From contig NC_068988.1 of the NCBI RefSeq assembly GCF_001194135.2, positions 82,042,184-82,104,022 of the forward strand: a stretch of 61,839 bases of DNA, read 5' to 3'. This DNA comes from Octopus bimaculoides. Taxonomy: Eukaryota. Positions 36,521 to 49,240 of this stretch are shown one piece after another; position 1 is the stretch's first letter; each line of letters starts with the position of its first letter. The notes under the pieces are model-generated. The model saw nothing but the letters and a program-made list of their open reading frames with translations, did not search any database and was not told where the DNA came from. A program made the translations under genes and the position numbers.

Positions 36521-36687
36521 TTGGTAGGACGTTTTCATATTGTGTATAAATGCTTCCAAAACATTTGTCGCATAGGTGTTTTTTTAAAAAATTTTTATAT
36601 ATAATTTTAAAAAATTTTTTTAAGAAAATTTTTCCTTCAATTATTTTAATATAATTTTTTCTTCAATCATTATATCAAGAACTTTTT

Positions 36688-37098
36688 GCGTAGGAGTGGC
36701 TGTGTGGTAAGTAGCTTGCTTACCAACCACATGATTCTGGGTTCATTCCCACTGCATGGCACCTTGGGCAAGTGTCTTCTATTATAGCCTTGGGCTGACC
36801 AAAGCCTTGTGAGTGGATTTGGTAGACGGAAACTGAAAGAAGCCCGTCGTATATATATGTATATATATATATATGCATGTGTGTGTTTATGTTTGTGTGT
36901 CTGTGTTTGTTCCCCCAGCATCACTTGACAACTGATGCTGGTGTGTTTACGTCCCCGTAACTTAGCAGTTCGGCAAAAGAGACCAATAGAATAAGTACTA
37001 GGCTTACAAAGAATAAGTCTTGGGGTTGATTTACTCGACTAAAAGGCGGTGCTCCAGCATGACCGCAGTCAAATGATTGAAACAAGTAAAAGAGAGAG
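36688..37098 (+). mobile_element. SINE family A, full length
   Basis: Box-A-like TGGCTGTGTGG, box-B-like GGTTCATTCCC, CORE-like ACCTTGGGCAAGTG, internal (TA)/(TG) linker, and tail GGCGGTGCTCCAGCATG...TGAAACAAGTAAAAGA. Confidence 0.9.
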
Positions 37099-37452
37099 AA
37101 TATATGCACACACACACACACACACATGTGTACAAACAAGTCTATATGCATGCATTCTTTGGTAATATACAAATGTATACGTTTATGTGCATGTGTATAC
37201 AAATATATGAGTATCATAAAATGCGGTTAACTTTCAGCTCTGTTAAACACGAACCTTTTACGCCCCACTTCCATGTTTGGAGAAGAATTAGCACTTCACC
37301 TTGTTGAGCATTTATCACAACCTAATTCCTATCCACTTTCTGTTGTTCTGCTGCCTTCTTCTTCTTCTTCTTCTTCTTCTCCTCCTCCCCTCCCTTTCCT
37401 TCTCCTCTCATGTGTCTGTGCACGTGTGTGCGCATGTGTGTATATTGTTTTG

Positions 37453-37710
37453 TGAAGGTACTTGGCTTAGTGGTTAGGTATATTTAGCTCATGATCATAA
37501 AGTCGTAAGTTCAATTCCTGGCAGCATGTTTTGTCCTTGAGCAGGACATTTTATTTCACGTCGCTCCAGTTCACTTAACTGGCAAAAATGAGTAATAACT
37601 ATAGTTTAAAGGGCCAGCTTGTCACATTGTGTATCGAGCAGAATCTCCCAGAGAATCGCATTAAGGGTACATGTGTCTGCGGAGTGCTCAGCCACTTGCA
37701 TATTAAATCC
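37453..37710 (+). mobile_element. tRNA-derived SINE family C
   Basis: Box A TGGCTTAGTGG, box B AGTTCAATTCC, then TGTCCTTGAGCAGGACATTT. Confidence 0.65.
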
Positions 37711-37834
37711 TGGGCTTGCTTCACTAGATTATGAATATTTTGGGGAGTGTAAATCCAAGACAATTATAATGAATATGCAGATGTATTAATGTCCATATTC
37801 ATTGTAACTGAGCTATACATACATACATATATAT

Positions 37835-39985
37835 TAGGGCTGGTAATGGTTAATTTAATTTTAATAATTAACTTTAGAGAAATTAACAATTAATTAATAG
37901 TTAATTTCAATTAAAACACAAAAATGTCTGCAGTTGCATTTATTGACAAGTTTATGATACTTCAATTAAAATTCAGTTAAAAACAGGAAATAGCATAAAC
38001 GTTTTCTTACTCAAATGTTGTTGGATAACCAGTTACACAAACATACAAGCATGTTAACAGTATTTGGTTCAAGTGATGAGTATCTTGTTAACAATGTAAC
38101 CAACAGAGCTAAATAATCATTCACATGGATCCAAGGTAGCTTGTATGCACAGAACAGTCTTGGCAAAAAATGCCAATTTTGGATATTGATGTTCATTAAG
38201 TTTCCACCATTGTAGTGGATCAACTGATTCAGCAACTTTATTTCCATTGTATATCGCTGTACTTCATCAGAAGCATTTTTGACACCCTCTCCTTAGTCTG
38301 AGTTAGACTCCACCAGCTTAATACGCTTTCATTAGGTTCGCATATAATTTTATTGACACTGTCAGTATCATCTTGTGTATTAGTCTTCAACCGATCATCA
38401 TTAACATCAACTGCTATTTGTTGTCCAATAAGTAACCAAGTTTGTTCTTTTGAATCATCTGATAAACACTTTAAGTTTTTATATTGTGAATCAAGTGCTT
38501 TTGCAATCTGTACTATTCCAATACTTTTCATGTCTGTTACATGTTTGCTGAATCTAGCTATATAACCTGGATCATCATCATTTACAGTCATGTGCTTTGT
38601 CAAAGACAATAACAGTGGCAGTATATGGCTACACACCGCCAAGCAGGACCATAGCCTGACAGAATAAGTCTAAAACGTTGATGTATTTTGAAATCTTTTC
38701 CCAGTCAGAATCGAACAGTTTTGGACCTTTATATTGCTTCTCTTCATCTGACATGTAGATGGTTGTTGATTCTCTGGCCTGCAACAGACTCTTCAGCATT
38801 AGAAAAGTACTGTTCCATCTTATTGGAACATCTTGCTGTAGCTTACACAATGGTGAATCACTACAATTCTGCAATTCAGTTGTGTGGATAGGGCTATGTT
38901 TAAAATGTTCTATGATTTTTCGACATTTAACAAACAATGTTTCTGTATCTGTGGCTTTAAATCCATGCAATACTCTCAACTGCAGGAAATGAGCCAAACA
39001 CAGAATATGAGCAAAACCAGTTTGATTAATAGCTGAAACCAAATTTCGTGCATTGTCTGTTACTAGAACCTGAATCTTCTTAGTTATATCCCAGTCTTTA
39101 TAAATTGTTTATGTAACTCAACAACATTGTGAGAATAGTGACATTCAACAACATGCACACATTCAAGAATAGCACTTATTAAATTCCAGTCATCAGCAAT
39201 CCAATGGCCGGTGATTCCCCAGTAACTTTCATTACCTAGGGATGTCCAAAAATCAGATGTTAGCGCAATTGCCTTAGAAATTTTCACTGCTTCTTTAACA
39301 TTTTCTCTTTTGCTGTTATAAATATCAGCCAATATTTTATCAATAGTGCGCCAGCAAGGTAGTTTATATACGGTATTTTGAAGTGCTATACACAATACTT
39401 GCTGAAGACCATCATCTTCTACTATCGATATTGGTCTACCACTATTAGCTACCCAGTTTGCAAGTTATGTTTTAATGTCATGTTGTACAGTAGCACTCAC
39501 TGGATGATCAGACCGACGTTAAAACTGACGCAAAGTAGTCTGCTTGGAGGTAGATGACACCGCCGCAGTAGACTGGCTAAATGAAGCTGACTTTGCGAGC
39601 TGAGGTTTTGAATACTGTAGCGAATGTTTGTTTTGTAGGTGGTAAGTAAGCGATGTGTTAGATCCATGGTATGCAAACGATTTGTCACAATGGATGCAAT
39701 AAAAGTTATCAGCAGTTTTGATATTACCGTCAGCGAACAATTTAAATCCCAAATGTTCATGAAATCGACCTGATATAGGGTTATATTTCATAACTTCATT
39801 CTTCTCCACCGCCGTTTTAGTGTTATTACTATTGCTTCTCAACTTCCAGCACATTTATTAATGATGGGTAGAAAATTAAAAATTTGAAACCGATTAATAA
39901 AAATTTAATTGTTAAAACAAAAATTTAATTATTAAAATAAATCAACAATTGATTGATTAATTAATCTTTAAATTCCCCAGCTGCA
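37835..39985 (-). mobile_element. hAT (Ac/ZBED1-like) transposon with BED finger, inactive
   Basis: BED finger YCIHCDKSFAYHGSNTSLTYHLQNKH; ALTSDFWTS; CLAHFLQL; DVPIRWNSTFLML; C-terminal NTVNMLVCL. Degenerate TIRs TAGGGCTGG / CCAGCTGCA and ATTAA-rich subterminal regions. Confidence 0.9.
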
Positions 39986-40013
39986 ATAGAAATATATATA
40001 TATATGTATACGT

Positions 40014-41155
40014 CAGTGGCGTGCGGTGACTTCCGGGGTTGGGCATGCAATNNNNNNNNNNNNNNNNNNNNNNNNNNNNNNNNNNNNNNNNNNNNNNNNN
40101 NNNNNNNNNNNNNNNNNNNNNNNNNNNNNNNNNNNNNNNNNNNNNNNNNNNNNNNNNNNNNNNNNNNNNNNNNNNNNNNNNNNNNNNNNNNNNNNNNNNN
40201 NNNNNNNNNNNNNNNNNNNNNNNNNNNNNNNNNNNNNNNNNNNNNNNNNNNNNNNNNNNNNNNNNNNNNNNNNNNNNNNNNNNNNNNNNNNNNNNNNNNN
40301 NNNNNNNNNNNNNNNNNNNNNNNNNNNNNNNNNNNNNNNNNNNNNNNNNNNNNNNNNNNNNNNNNNNNNNNNNNNNNNNNNNNNNNNNNNNNNNNNNNNN
40401 NNNNNNNNNNNNNNNNNNNNNNNNNNNNNNNNNNNNNNNNNNNNNNNNNNNNNNNNNNNNNNNNNNNNNNNNNNNNNNNNNNNNNNNNNNNNNNNNNNNN
40501 NNNNNNNNNNNNNNNNNNNNNNNNNNNNNNNNNNNNNNNNNNNNNNNNNNNNNNNNNNNNNNNNNNNNNNNNNNNNNNNNNNNNNNNNNNNNNNNNNNNN
40601 NNNNNNNNNNNNNNNNNNNNNNNNNNNNNNNNNNNNNNNNNNNNNNNNNNNNNNNNNNNNNNNNNNNNNNNNNNNNNNNNNNNNNNNNNNNNNNNNNNNN
40701 NNNNNNNNNNNNNNNNNNNNNNNNNNNNNNNNNNNNNNNNNNNNNNNNNNNNNNNNNNNNNNNNNNNNNNNNNNNNNNNNNNNNNNNNNNNNNNNNNNNN
40801 NNNNNNNNNNNNNNNNNNNNNNNNNNNNNNNNNNNNNNNNNNNNNNNNNNNNNNNNNNNNNNNNNNNNNNNNNNNNNNNNNNGAAGAAGTCGAACCATTT
40901 CTCCTGCCAAACAATACTGACGTAAGATGGTCGAACCTTACATTATAACAAACACTAACCAAAACCTGTAATATATGCCCTTTAATATATCAATTTTTTT
41001 TTTTAAGGTTCTAAAATGTTATTTACCTCATTTATAAATTAATTCAATTCTTCGATCTTCCTGGGCAAATATATCTATCACATTTTCATAGAAATCTTCT
41101 CTTTTCATCAATTGTTGTAGTAAATCTTTTTCAATTGACATTAGTTCGAAGATCA
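40014..41155 (-). mobile_element. hAT (ZMYM1/Tip100-like) 3' remnant spanning a gap
   Basis: 41028-41159 reads SMIFELMSIEKDLLQQLMKREDFYENVIDIFAQEDRRIELIYK*. A TIR-like CAGTGGCGTGCGG lies at 40014. Linking the two parts across the gap is inferred. Confidence 0.62.
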
Positions 41156-41159
41156 TGCT

Positions 41160-41464
41160 TCACTACCTCATCCTATGTCTTCCTGAGTCTACCTCTACCA
41201 TAGGTTCCTTCCACAGTTAAACATCGGCACTTCATTACACAACTGTCCTCATCCATATGCATCACATGACCTGACCCTACCAGCACAGTCGTCTCTCTTG
41301 CATACCACATTTGATACCATTTATGCCAAACTTTTCTCTCAAGACACGTACACTCTGTCAAACATGCCCACTGACATTGCACATCCCGCAAAGCATACTG
41401 GCTTCATTTCTTTCAAGCCTATTCCTAACCTTGGCTGGAACAGCCCATGTTTCACTGCTATGTA
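41160..41464 (-). mobile_element. RTE ORF2 fragment, left of the Tc1 insertion
   Basis: Reads GHVMHMDEDSCVMKCRCLTVEGTYGRGRLRKT; joins 42961 across the TA site. Confidence 0.85.
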
Positions 41465-42960
41465 CAGTGCTTTGCAAAAGTCTACACCCCCCAGATATTA
41501 TACTGTGTTATCAGGTAGTCTGTCATTGATGTATACAATCCAAAGCAATCAAAAGTGACACGTGTTCTACCATAACAAACTTGGCCAGTCTATTATTTTG
41601 CTATATAAGGTGATTTAACTGCCTATAAAATCATTCACCACATAGTTATTTGGTATGTTGGTCTTTGGACTCTGACTGTAAGCACAAGGTGTCCAACTTG
41701 GGAAAGAAAATGGGCAAGCCTCTGTCTCAGGAACTTAAAAACCTTATTATTCAAAAGTACAATGAAAATAATGGCTATAAAAAGATTGCAAAAACTTTAG
41801 AATTGCCCCTAAGCACTGTTAAAACTGTAGTTAAGAAGTGGTTAGTGCACAAAACCACTGCTACCCTACCAAGATCTGGGAGACCGAGCAAACTTACCAG
41901 AAGAGCAAAGTCAAAACTGGTCTGGGGGGGGGGGCAACCTCTAACCCTAGTGCAACACTGGAAAACTTGAAAGCTTCAGTTTCCAGTACTGGGACAGATG
42001 TCCATGCATCTACAATTTCCAGAGTATTGCAGTGGTCAGGCCTGCAAGAGAGGGTAGCTAGACAAACGCCTCTTCTGAAGCCTATACTCAAGCAAGCTAG
42101 GCTAAACTTTGACAAAAGTCACATTAATGGTTCCATGACCATGTCACGAAAGATTTTGTGGTCAGATGAGACCAAAGTAGAGTTATTTGGAAAAAATACG
42201 AAACGCTATGTTTGGCGAAAAACGGCACTGCTCACCAAACTCGTTACACCGTCCCCACTGTAAAGCATGGTCGTGGCTCGATCATGCTTTGGGGCTGTTT
42301 TTCAGCTGCAGAGCCTGGAGAGTTGGTAACCATCCAAGGTATCATGGACAGTGTCAAGTACCAAGAAATATTGGACGCAAACCTGCTGAAGTCTGCTAGA
42401 GCTCTGCGCTTGGGTAGCAATTTCAAGTTTCAACAAAATAACAACCCCAAGCATGTGTCAAAAAGCACTAAAGCTTGGTTTGCTAGCAAGAAAATCACAG
42501 TTCTGGAGTGGCTCAGCCATTCTCCAGACCTCAATCCTCTAGAAAATCTATGGCAAGATCTAAAGCTAGTTGCACACTGACGTTCCCCATCCAATCTGAC
42601 ACAGCTCAAGAAGTTCTACTATGAAGAATGGCGAAAACTGTTGGCAGACCACTGCAGCAAGCTCGTGGAAGGCTACCCGAGGCGTCTGCAGATTGTAATT
42701 GACGCAGCAGGATCATCCACAAAGTATTAGCTGAAGACATTCCAAAGGCGGTGTAGACTTTTGCAAAGGCATTTTTCTAAGTTATATGATCTTAAGAATC
42801 AGTGTGAAATTTTTAAAATGTAATTTTTATATCAAAGGAAAGTGTGATGGATCTGCTTATTATTTAACAATCATTGGACTTGAAAAAATGTGTTGTTCCG
42901 TGTTAAGTTATAAAAAATATATAAATTTTCAAAGGGGGTGTAGACTTTTTCAAAGCACTG
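41465..42960 (+). mobile_element. Tc1 (DD34E, IR/DR-type) transposon inserted in RTE
   Basis: TA TSD; TIRs CAGTGCTTTGCAAAAGTCTACACCCCC / GGGGGTGTAGACTTTTTCAAAGCACTG; 1496 bp. Confidence 0.95.
41710..42730 (+). pseudogene. Tc1 transposase pseudogene
   Basis: MGKPLSQELK...LPRSGRPSKL...WSDETKVELF...FQQNNNPKH...SPDLNPLENLW...GSSTKY*. There are about 2 frameshifts, 1 stop at 42578, and the second catalytic D is changed to N. Confidence 0.92.
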
Positions 42961-43128
42961 TAGCATGGCTGTTCACACACAGGCATCGTACAATCTGCCT
43001 TTCACTCTGAGAGTGAGGTCTTTTGTTGGCAGCAGAAGTAGGAGCTCTCTGAACTTTGCCCAGCCAAATCTTATTCTCACACCTCTACTACTAACTTGGT
43101 CACCTAGATAACAGAAGCTATCTACTAC

Positions 43129-43130
<2 letters not shown>
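42961..43130 (-). mobile_element. RTE ORF2 fragment, right of the Tc1 insertion
   Basis: TAGCATGGCTG...GCATCGTACAATCTGCCTTTCACTCTGAG is colinear with 54118-54290. Confidence 0.85.
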
Positions 43131-43214
<84 letters not shown>

Positions 43215-43859
43215 TTCATGTAGTGTATAGAAAGAACATTCAGCTTGATAGAGTCCATTACTGTCTCAAACCTATGCTCCACTCTAGTACCATCCTCAGA
43301 GGAGGAGTCAAATTAATAAGCAGCACAGCAAGTTAATGAGCCATTTGTTAATTGTATAGTGGTGTCATATAGCTTACAGCAGTAACGTGTTTCAACCGCA
43401 TGATAGTATGATACATTACCTATTCACATAGATTACAATATACAACTTGTGACTGAGTACCCACTGGTAACCGCTGTTGACCACTACTAGTAATATTACC
43501 TTCACAGATAACAAACATAAAATACCATCATTTAAAACATGAAACTTATTTTGTAAATTAATAGTATTACAGTATACTTTATTATGCTGTTCATCATGTT
43601 TCTGAAACCCCAGTATACCACTGATATCTAATTATTAACATTAAGGATGTACGTAACTAGGAACATTTCTTCCAATATTTTTCTGTTACAAATACCTTTC
43701 TGCATCCTTTTAATTCTCTCCCATTTCATATTATCTCTACCACACATTCACCCATTTCATAGCGAAGCCAATGAAGGAGCCTTTACATGTCTACTTAGCC
43801 TACTAGAAATAGCAGCCAAATCTCTCTGAAATTACATCTTACTTCATCATCAGCATATT

Positions 43860-44115
43860 ATCATCATCAACATCATCATCATCCTTTAATGTCTGTTTTC
43901 TATGCTGGCATGGGCTGGACAGTTTGACCAGAGGTGACAAACTAGAAAGCTGCACCTGGTTCCAGTTTGATTTAGCTTGGTTTTTACAGCTGGATGCCCT
44001 TTGCCAACCACTTTACAGTTTATGCTGGGTGCTTTTAAAATGACACAACATGAGGAGCACTTTTACATGACACCAGCACAAGTGCTTTTTACATAGCACC
44101 AGCACAGAACTTTTG
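43860..44115 (-). mobile_element. RTE 3' UTR/tail, diverged
   Basis: (CAT)n CCTTTAATGTCTG...CAGCTGGATGCCCT and repeated GCTTTTACATG.CACCAGCAC units. Confidence 0.75.
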
Positions 44116-44179
44116 CAGGCCTTACGATCTTAAAAAATAAAGGACACACTGAATAATATAGTCATAAATATTAGACAGA

Positions 44180-44550
44180 TAGAAGGCAGAAACGTTAGCA
44201 TGCTGAGTTCAAATTCTGCTGAGGTTGATTTTGCCTTTCATCCTTTTGGGGTCGATAAATTAAGTACCGGTTGTGTATTAGGGTCGATCTAATCAACTGG
44301 CCCCCTCCCCAAAAATTTTGGGCCTTGTACCTAGAGTAGAAAAAAATTGTTAGCATGCCAAGCAAAATGTTTAGCAGTATTTCATCTGTCTTATGCTCTA
44401 AGTTCAAATCCGTTGAGGTCAACTTTGCCTTTCATACTTTCAGGGTTGATAAAATAAGTACCAGTTGAGTATTGGTTGGGGGGAGTGCAATGTTACTGAG
44501 TTACCCCCTTTAATTGCTGGCTTTGTGCTAAAGTTTGAAATCAATGATTA
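44180..44550 (+). mobile_element. Two tandem SINE family D copies
   Basis: AGTTCAAAT...GAGGT..A.TTTGCCTTTCAT...GGGT.GATAAA.TAAGTACC occurs twice (about 44205 and 44400). Confidence 0.8.
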
Positions 44551-44844
44551 AACAAATGGAATAGCCACATCTGAAACATACTTCATCATAAACCTGCTCA
44601 ATCAGTGTTGACCTGGAGTTAAAAAGCCACATTGGACATTCATTATAAACATATGATGTTCATTGTGTACCTTATAATGTTCTACCCCACCTTTAAGCCA
44701 TCCTCAGTCTGCCACTACTCTGAGAGTTAACATATTAGTGTTTCATGTCCATTTACTAAACTGTCTCCAATTTCTGTCTATTCAATAATAATTATTGAAT
44801 TATTGATTATAATCATTAGATCAATAGATCAATAAGAGCCATTA

Positions 44845-45050
44845 AGGGAGTCTTTACATGAATTTTGAACTTGCTAATAATAGCAGCCAAATCTCCCTCA
44901 ACTCACACCACCAAATTATCTTAAAGGCCACATTAGATTATGCAACCTTAGATATGCTCCTAAAATAACAGGATGTTCATAGCTGAAATGTATTTGATCA
45001 TAAATCTGCACAGTCAGTCCTAACCTGGAACTAACAACAACAGCAACATC
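44845..45050 (+). repeat. Interspersed repeat (family E)
   Basis: Homologous to 795-1000 and 1265-1480; ends AACAACAAC. Confidence 0.55.
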
Positions 45051-46579
45051 AACATGAGATCAATATTTAGCTACCATTCTTTTGTTAATGTTATTTCTTT
45101 GTCTGACATTAAAACAACAGATAGTGATTAACAAGATTAACAAAAGCCACAACTTTATGAACCCTAACCTTCTACAAAAAAAAAAAAGAAAACGGAATCA
45201 TTCGTTTCAAACATCTCTTGCCAAATGTAATTCTCACTGCATGTAGAGATTAACTCATCAAAAAGTCAGTTGTTTATTAGTTCTCTGGTTTGTTTTATAA
45301 ATTACATTTACGACCATGCTGGAGCACTGCTATGTTCATGATAAAAAAGAATAATCACAATTGATTTTTGTTGCATGTAAGATCCTCCCTCCTTGATTCT
45401 TTATATGAACTCTTTTCTTTAAATACTACCATCTTTGAATAAATAATGTGTTCATAGACCAATATTCAGTGACCTGGCTAACATCAATATTCACTAGTTT
45501 TACTCCAACTTTAAATAACCATTTGTTAATTTACTATTAATATACTTAATAAACATTTTGTTAACCATGTACCAGACGAAATACACTGACTTTGTTTCAA
45601 TCAATTTTGAAAATAATGAAAAATTTAGTAAAATAACTTTGTCATTAAGTTGGTGTTTGGAAGATAAATTAATATGGTATTTTAATGGAAGGTTTTAGTT
45701 TAGATCACTTTAAAACAGGAAGTTTGTATCATAGAACCAAGGGCAGTCTCAAGTGGGTTGATATTAAGAGGGCTAATGCAGCAACCATGAAAATAATGAG
45801 TGAGAAATATTCATGTGAGGAGGACAATATTAGATCATCACCATCTTCATCATTATCATCATCAACATCCATCAACAGAAGCAAACTTTTAATGTCCAGT
45901 ATTCCATGTGCACATGTGTCAACTGGAATTCATTGTCACAGCTTTTCTATGGTGAGATGCCCTTCTTGTACCAAACTCTCATCTATTTCCAAGCAAAGTA
46001 ATATTTCTCTCATGGACAAGCATATTTTGCAAAAGACTGGAAATTAACGAATCCACTTGCATGATGTTGACACTGTCATACGATGCCATGACAAGGAAGC
46101 ACAAATAAACACACACACACAAGCATGCTTATACACCCATGTATATATATGTAATAAATAGAACAAAAATGCAATAGAGGACAATAAATCATCTGAACAG
46201 ATAGACAACACAAAGGAGGACAGGAAAAATAACAGTTAGAGGGACAGGAAAAAAAAAAGAACAGGTCATTTGTGGTCTTCTTTCGTCAGTCAAGTTACCA
46301 GATTTCCTTACAGTTTTGAGCAGTTACACTTGAGACTGTTCAATCTAGTTGCCCCCAAAAAGTCTAAGCTAAGAGCATTAGATTATGTTGTAAGAAAGCT
46401 TGTGAATGTGTACAACAACAAAGACAAAAAACAGAGAACATGGTACACAGTTACAAATACAAACAACAAGAATATAACAACAGGTGTCTTTCGGTTAAGG
46501 ACGACCCAAATTGAGCTGGTGTGTATAAATTGAAAGCTATATACACACATATATATAATATGTATATACATATATAGAC

Positions 46580-46735
46580 AAAAGCTTCTTTCAGTTTCTA
46601 TCTATCAAATCCACTCACAAGGCTTTGGTTAACCCTGGACTATATGAGAAGACACTTGTCCAAGGTGCCATGGAGCAGGACTGAACCTGAAACCATGTGA
46701 CTGGGAAGTAAACTTCTTAACCATATAGCCATGCC
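46580..46735 (-). mobile_element. SINE family A 5' half
   Basis: Colinear with 1-170. Confidence 0.8.
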
Positions 46736-47049
46736 TATGATATTTTGATTACTTCAGCATAGAACACAACTCTAAGCATGTTTTGACATTGTTAGACCTC
46801 CTCAGCTAACCATAAACTTTACTATATTTACCAATATAATAATGAAAGACCCACTAGTGAGGTTACCACACAGCTCACTAGTGGTTGGTGTTAAAAAAGA
46901 TATTGAGTTATAGAAACCATGCCAAAGTAGATACTGGAGAATGACATAATCCTGCCACACACCAGATCCTGTCAAATTATCCACCCCTTGCCAGCATGGA
47001 AGCTGGAGATCAAATGAGGATGAGGATGATGATCATCATTATCACCATA

Positions 47050-47200
47050 CCAGACCATCACCAATGAAGCTCTTAAGGAATTAACAAATTGCAAGTATCT
47101 AGTTCAGATAACAAAGAAGAGATTCTTTCACAACTGGACTTAGCAGCAGACATCTTTTCACCTCAGTGAAATAACTTCTACTTTGCGGTGACTCTCAGAA
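47050..47200 (+). mobile_element. Possible ancient RTE fragment
   Basis: Reads TNEALKELTNCKYL...NKEEILSQLDLAADIF across a frameshift, resembling the post-RT KYLG/EI..R motif. Confidence 0.35.
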
Positions 47201-47721
47201 AACAACCGAACTATTGAACAAAAAATACAATTGCTATAGAGAAGAAGATTAAACAGTCAACTTATGATTTCTGTTTTTATGAAAATATACATCTAATACA
47301 ACCAGTAATACCATATACATTTTTTATTGTTTCACATTTTTGTTGCATTAACTAAATTGTGTACATTTTTTTTTAACTGAATTCCATATAAATTTGCTCA
47401 AAGGTAATTTTCTATATATGTTGGGACATTATAACCTTACTGTATTTTAAATGTGGAAATTCTTTTTTATCAATAATCAAAATAACTCTACATAAAAAAT
47501 GTATTTTACTTTTCTTTTATGATGAAGTTTCTATTAGCAAAATGAAAAAATGTGGAATATATTAACATTGTCAATCGATGTATTAATATGTATGATTTGA
47601 TATATGTATATGTGTGTGTGTGTAATATTAAATATTTATATCTATAAAATATATATACCTGATATTAAATTACTACTTATACAATATTAAGTATGTCTAT
47701 TATATATCTATATATATATTC

Positions 47722-47927
47722 TTTTATTCTTTGTTTCAGTCATTTGACTGCGGCCATGCTGGAGCACCACCTTTAGTCAAACAAATCAACGTCGGGACTT
47801 ATTCTTTGTAAGCCTAGTACTTATTCTTTTGCTGAACTGCTAAGTCATGGGGACGTAAACACACCAGCATCGGTTGTCATGCAATATGCAATATTGGAGG
47901 GACAAACACAGATGCACAAACATACAC

Positions 47928-47982
<55 letters not shown>

Positions 47983-47983
47983 N
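47722..47983 (-). mobile_element. SINE family A 3' half
   Basis: Reverse complement of 36890-37098; runs into (TA)n and a gap. Confidence 0.85.
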
Positions 47984-48810
47984 NNNNNNNNNNNNNNNNN
48001 NNNNNNNNNNNNNNNNNNNNNNNNNNNNNNNNNNNNNNNNNNNNNNNNNNNNNNNNNNNNNNNNNNNNNNNNNNNNNNNNNNNNNNNNNNNNNNNNNNNN
48101 NNNNNNNNNNNNNNNNNNNNNNNNNNNNNNNNNNNNNNNNNNNNNNNNNNNNNNNNNNNNNNNNNNNNNNNNNNNNNNNNNNNNNNNNNNNNNNNNNNNN
48201 NNNNNNNNNNNNNNNNNNNNNNNNNNNNNNNNNNNNNNNNNNNNNNNNNNNNNNNNNNNNNNNNNNNNNNNNNNNNNNNNNNNNNNNNNNNNNNNNNNNN
48301 NNNNNNNNNNNNNNNNNNNNNNNNNNNNNNNNNNNNNNNNNNNNNNNNNNNNNNNNNNNNNNNNNNNNNNNNNNNNNNNNNNNNNNNNNNNNNNNNNNNN
48401 NNNNNNNNNNNNNNNNNNNNNNNNNNNNNNNNNNNNNNNNNNNNNNNNNNNNNNNNNNNNNNNNNNNNNNNNNNNNNNNNNNNNNNNNNNNNNNNNNNNN
48501 NNNNNNNNNNNNNNNNNNNNNNNNNNNNNNNNNNNNNNNNNNNNNNNNNNNNNNNNNNNNNNNNNNNNNNNNNNNNNNNNNNNNNNNNNNNNNNNNNNNN
48601 NNNNNNNNNNNNNNNNNNNNNNNNNNNNNNNNNNNNNNNNNNNNNNNNNNNNNNNNNNNNNNNNNNNNNNNNNNNNNNNNNNNNNNNNNNNNNNNNNNNN
48701 NNNNNNNNNNNNNNNNNNNNNNNNNNNNNNNNNNNNNNNNNNNNNNNNNNNNNNNNNNNNNNNNNNNNNNNNNNNNNNNNNNNNNNNNNNNNNNNNNNNN
48801 NNNNNNNNNN

Positions 48811-48955
48811 AAGGGCATCCAGCTGTAGAAACTCTGCCAAATTAGATTGGAGCCTGGTGTTGCCATCCGGTTTCACCAGTCCTCAGTCAAATCGTCCAAC
48901 CCATGCTAGCATGGAAGGCGGACGTTAAACGATGATGATGATGATGATGATGATA
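48811..48955 (+). mobile_element. RTE 3' tail
   Basis: Nearly identical to 15631-15773. Confidence 0.88.
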
Positions 48956-48969
48956 TATATATATATATA

Positions 48970-49240
48970 TATGTTTGTATGTATGTGTTTGTGTGTCTGT
49001 GTTTGTCCCCCCAAGATCGCTTGACAACCGATGCTGGTGTGTTTACGTCCCCATAATGTAGCGGTTCGGCAAAAGAGACCGATAGAATATGTACTAGGCT
49101 TACAAAGAATAAGTCCTGGGGTCGATTTGCTCGACTAAAGGTGGTGCTCCAGNNNNNNNNNNAATAAGTCCTGGGGTCGATTTGCTCGACTAAAGGTGGT
49201 GCTCCAGCATGGCCACAGTCAAATTACTGAAACAAGTAAA
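48970..49240 (+). mobile_element. SINE family A 3' half
   Basis: TGTTTGTCCCCC...GCTTGACAACCGATGCTGG...GGTGGTGCTCCAGCATGGCC, with a redundant overlap across the 10-N gap. Confidence 0.85.

Noticed and set aside
36688-36770. tRNA genes at box A/box B motifs (also 9230, 9400, 10440, 37453, 52953)
   Set aside because: No complete cloverleaf, and each runs into a SINE body, so these are SINE heads.
38011-39854. Domesticated ZBED-type host gene
   Set aside because: Multiple frameshifts and stops plus residual TIRs show a decayed transposon.
46260-46540. Segment resembling an abundant octopus non-autonomous repeat
   Set aside because: Single copy in the window with no diagnostic motif; the resemblance is from memory only.
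46851-46884. 11-bp hairpin CCACTAGTGAG / CTCACTAGTGG
   Set aside because: Short and isolated, next to decayed repeat sequence; plausible by chance.
49110-49205. Direct repeat of about 43 bp around a 10-N gap
   Set aside because: Typical unmerged contig overlap inside one SINE tail.
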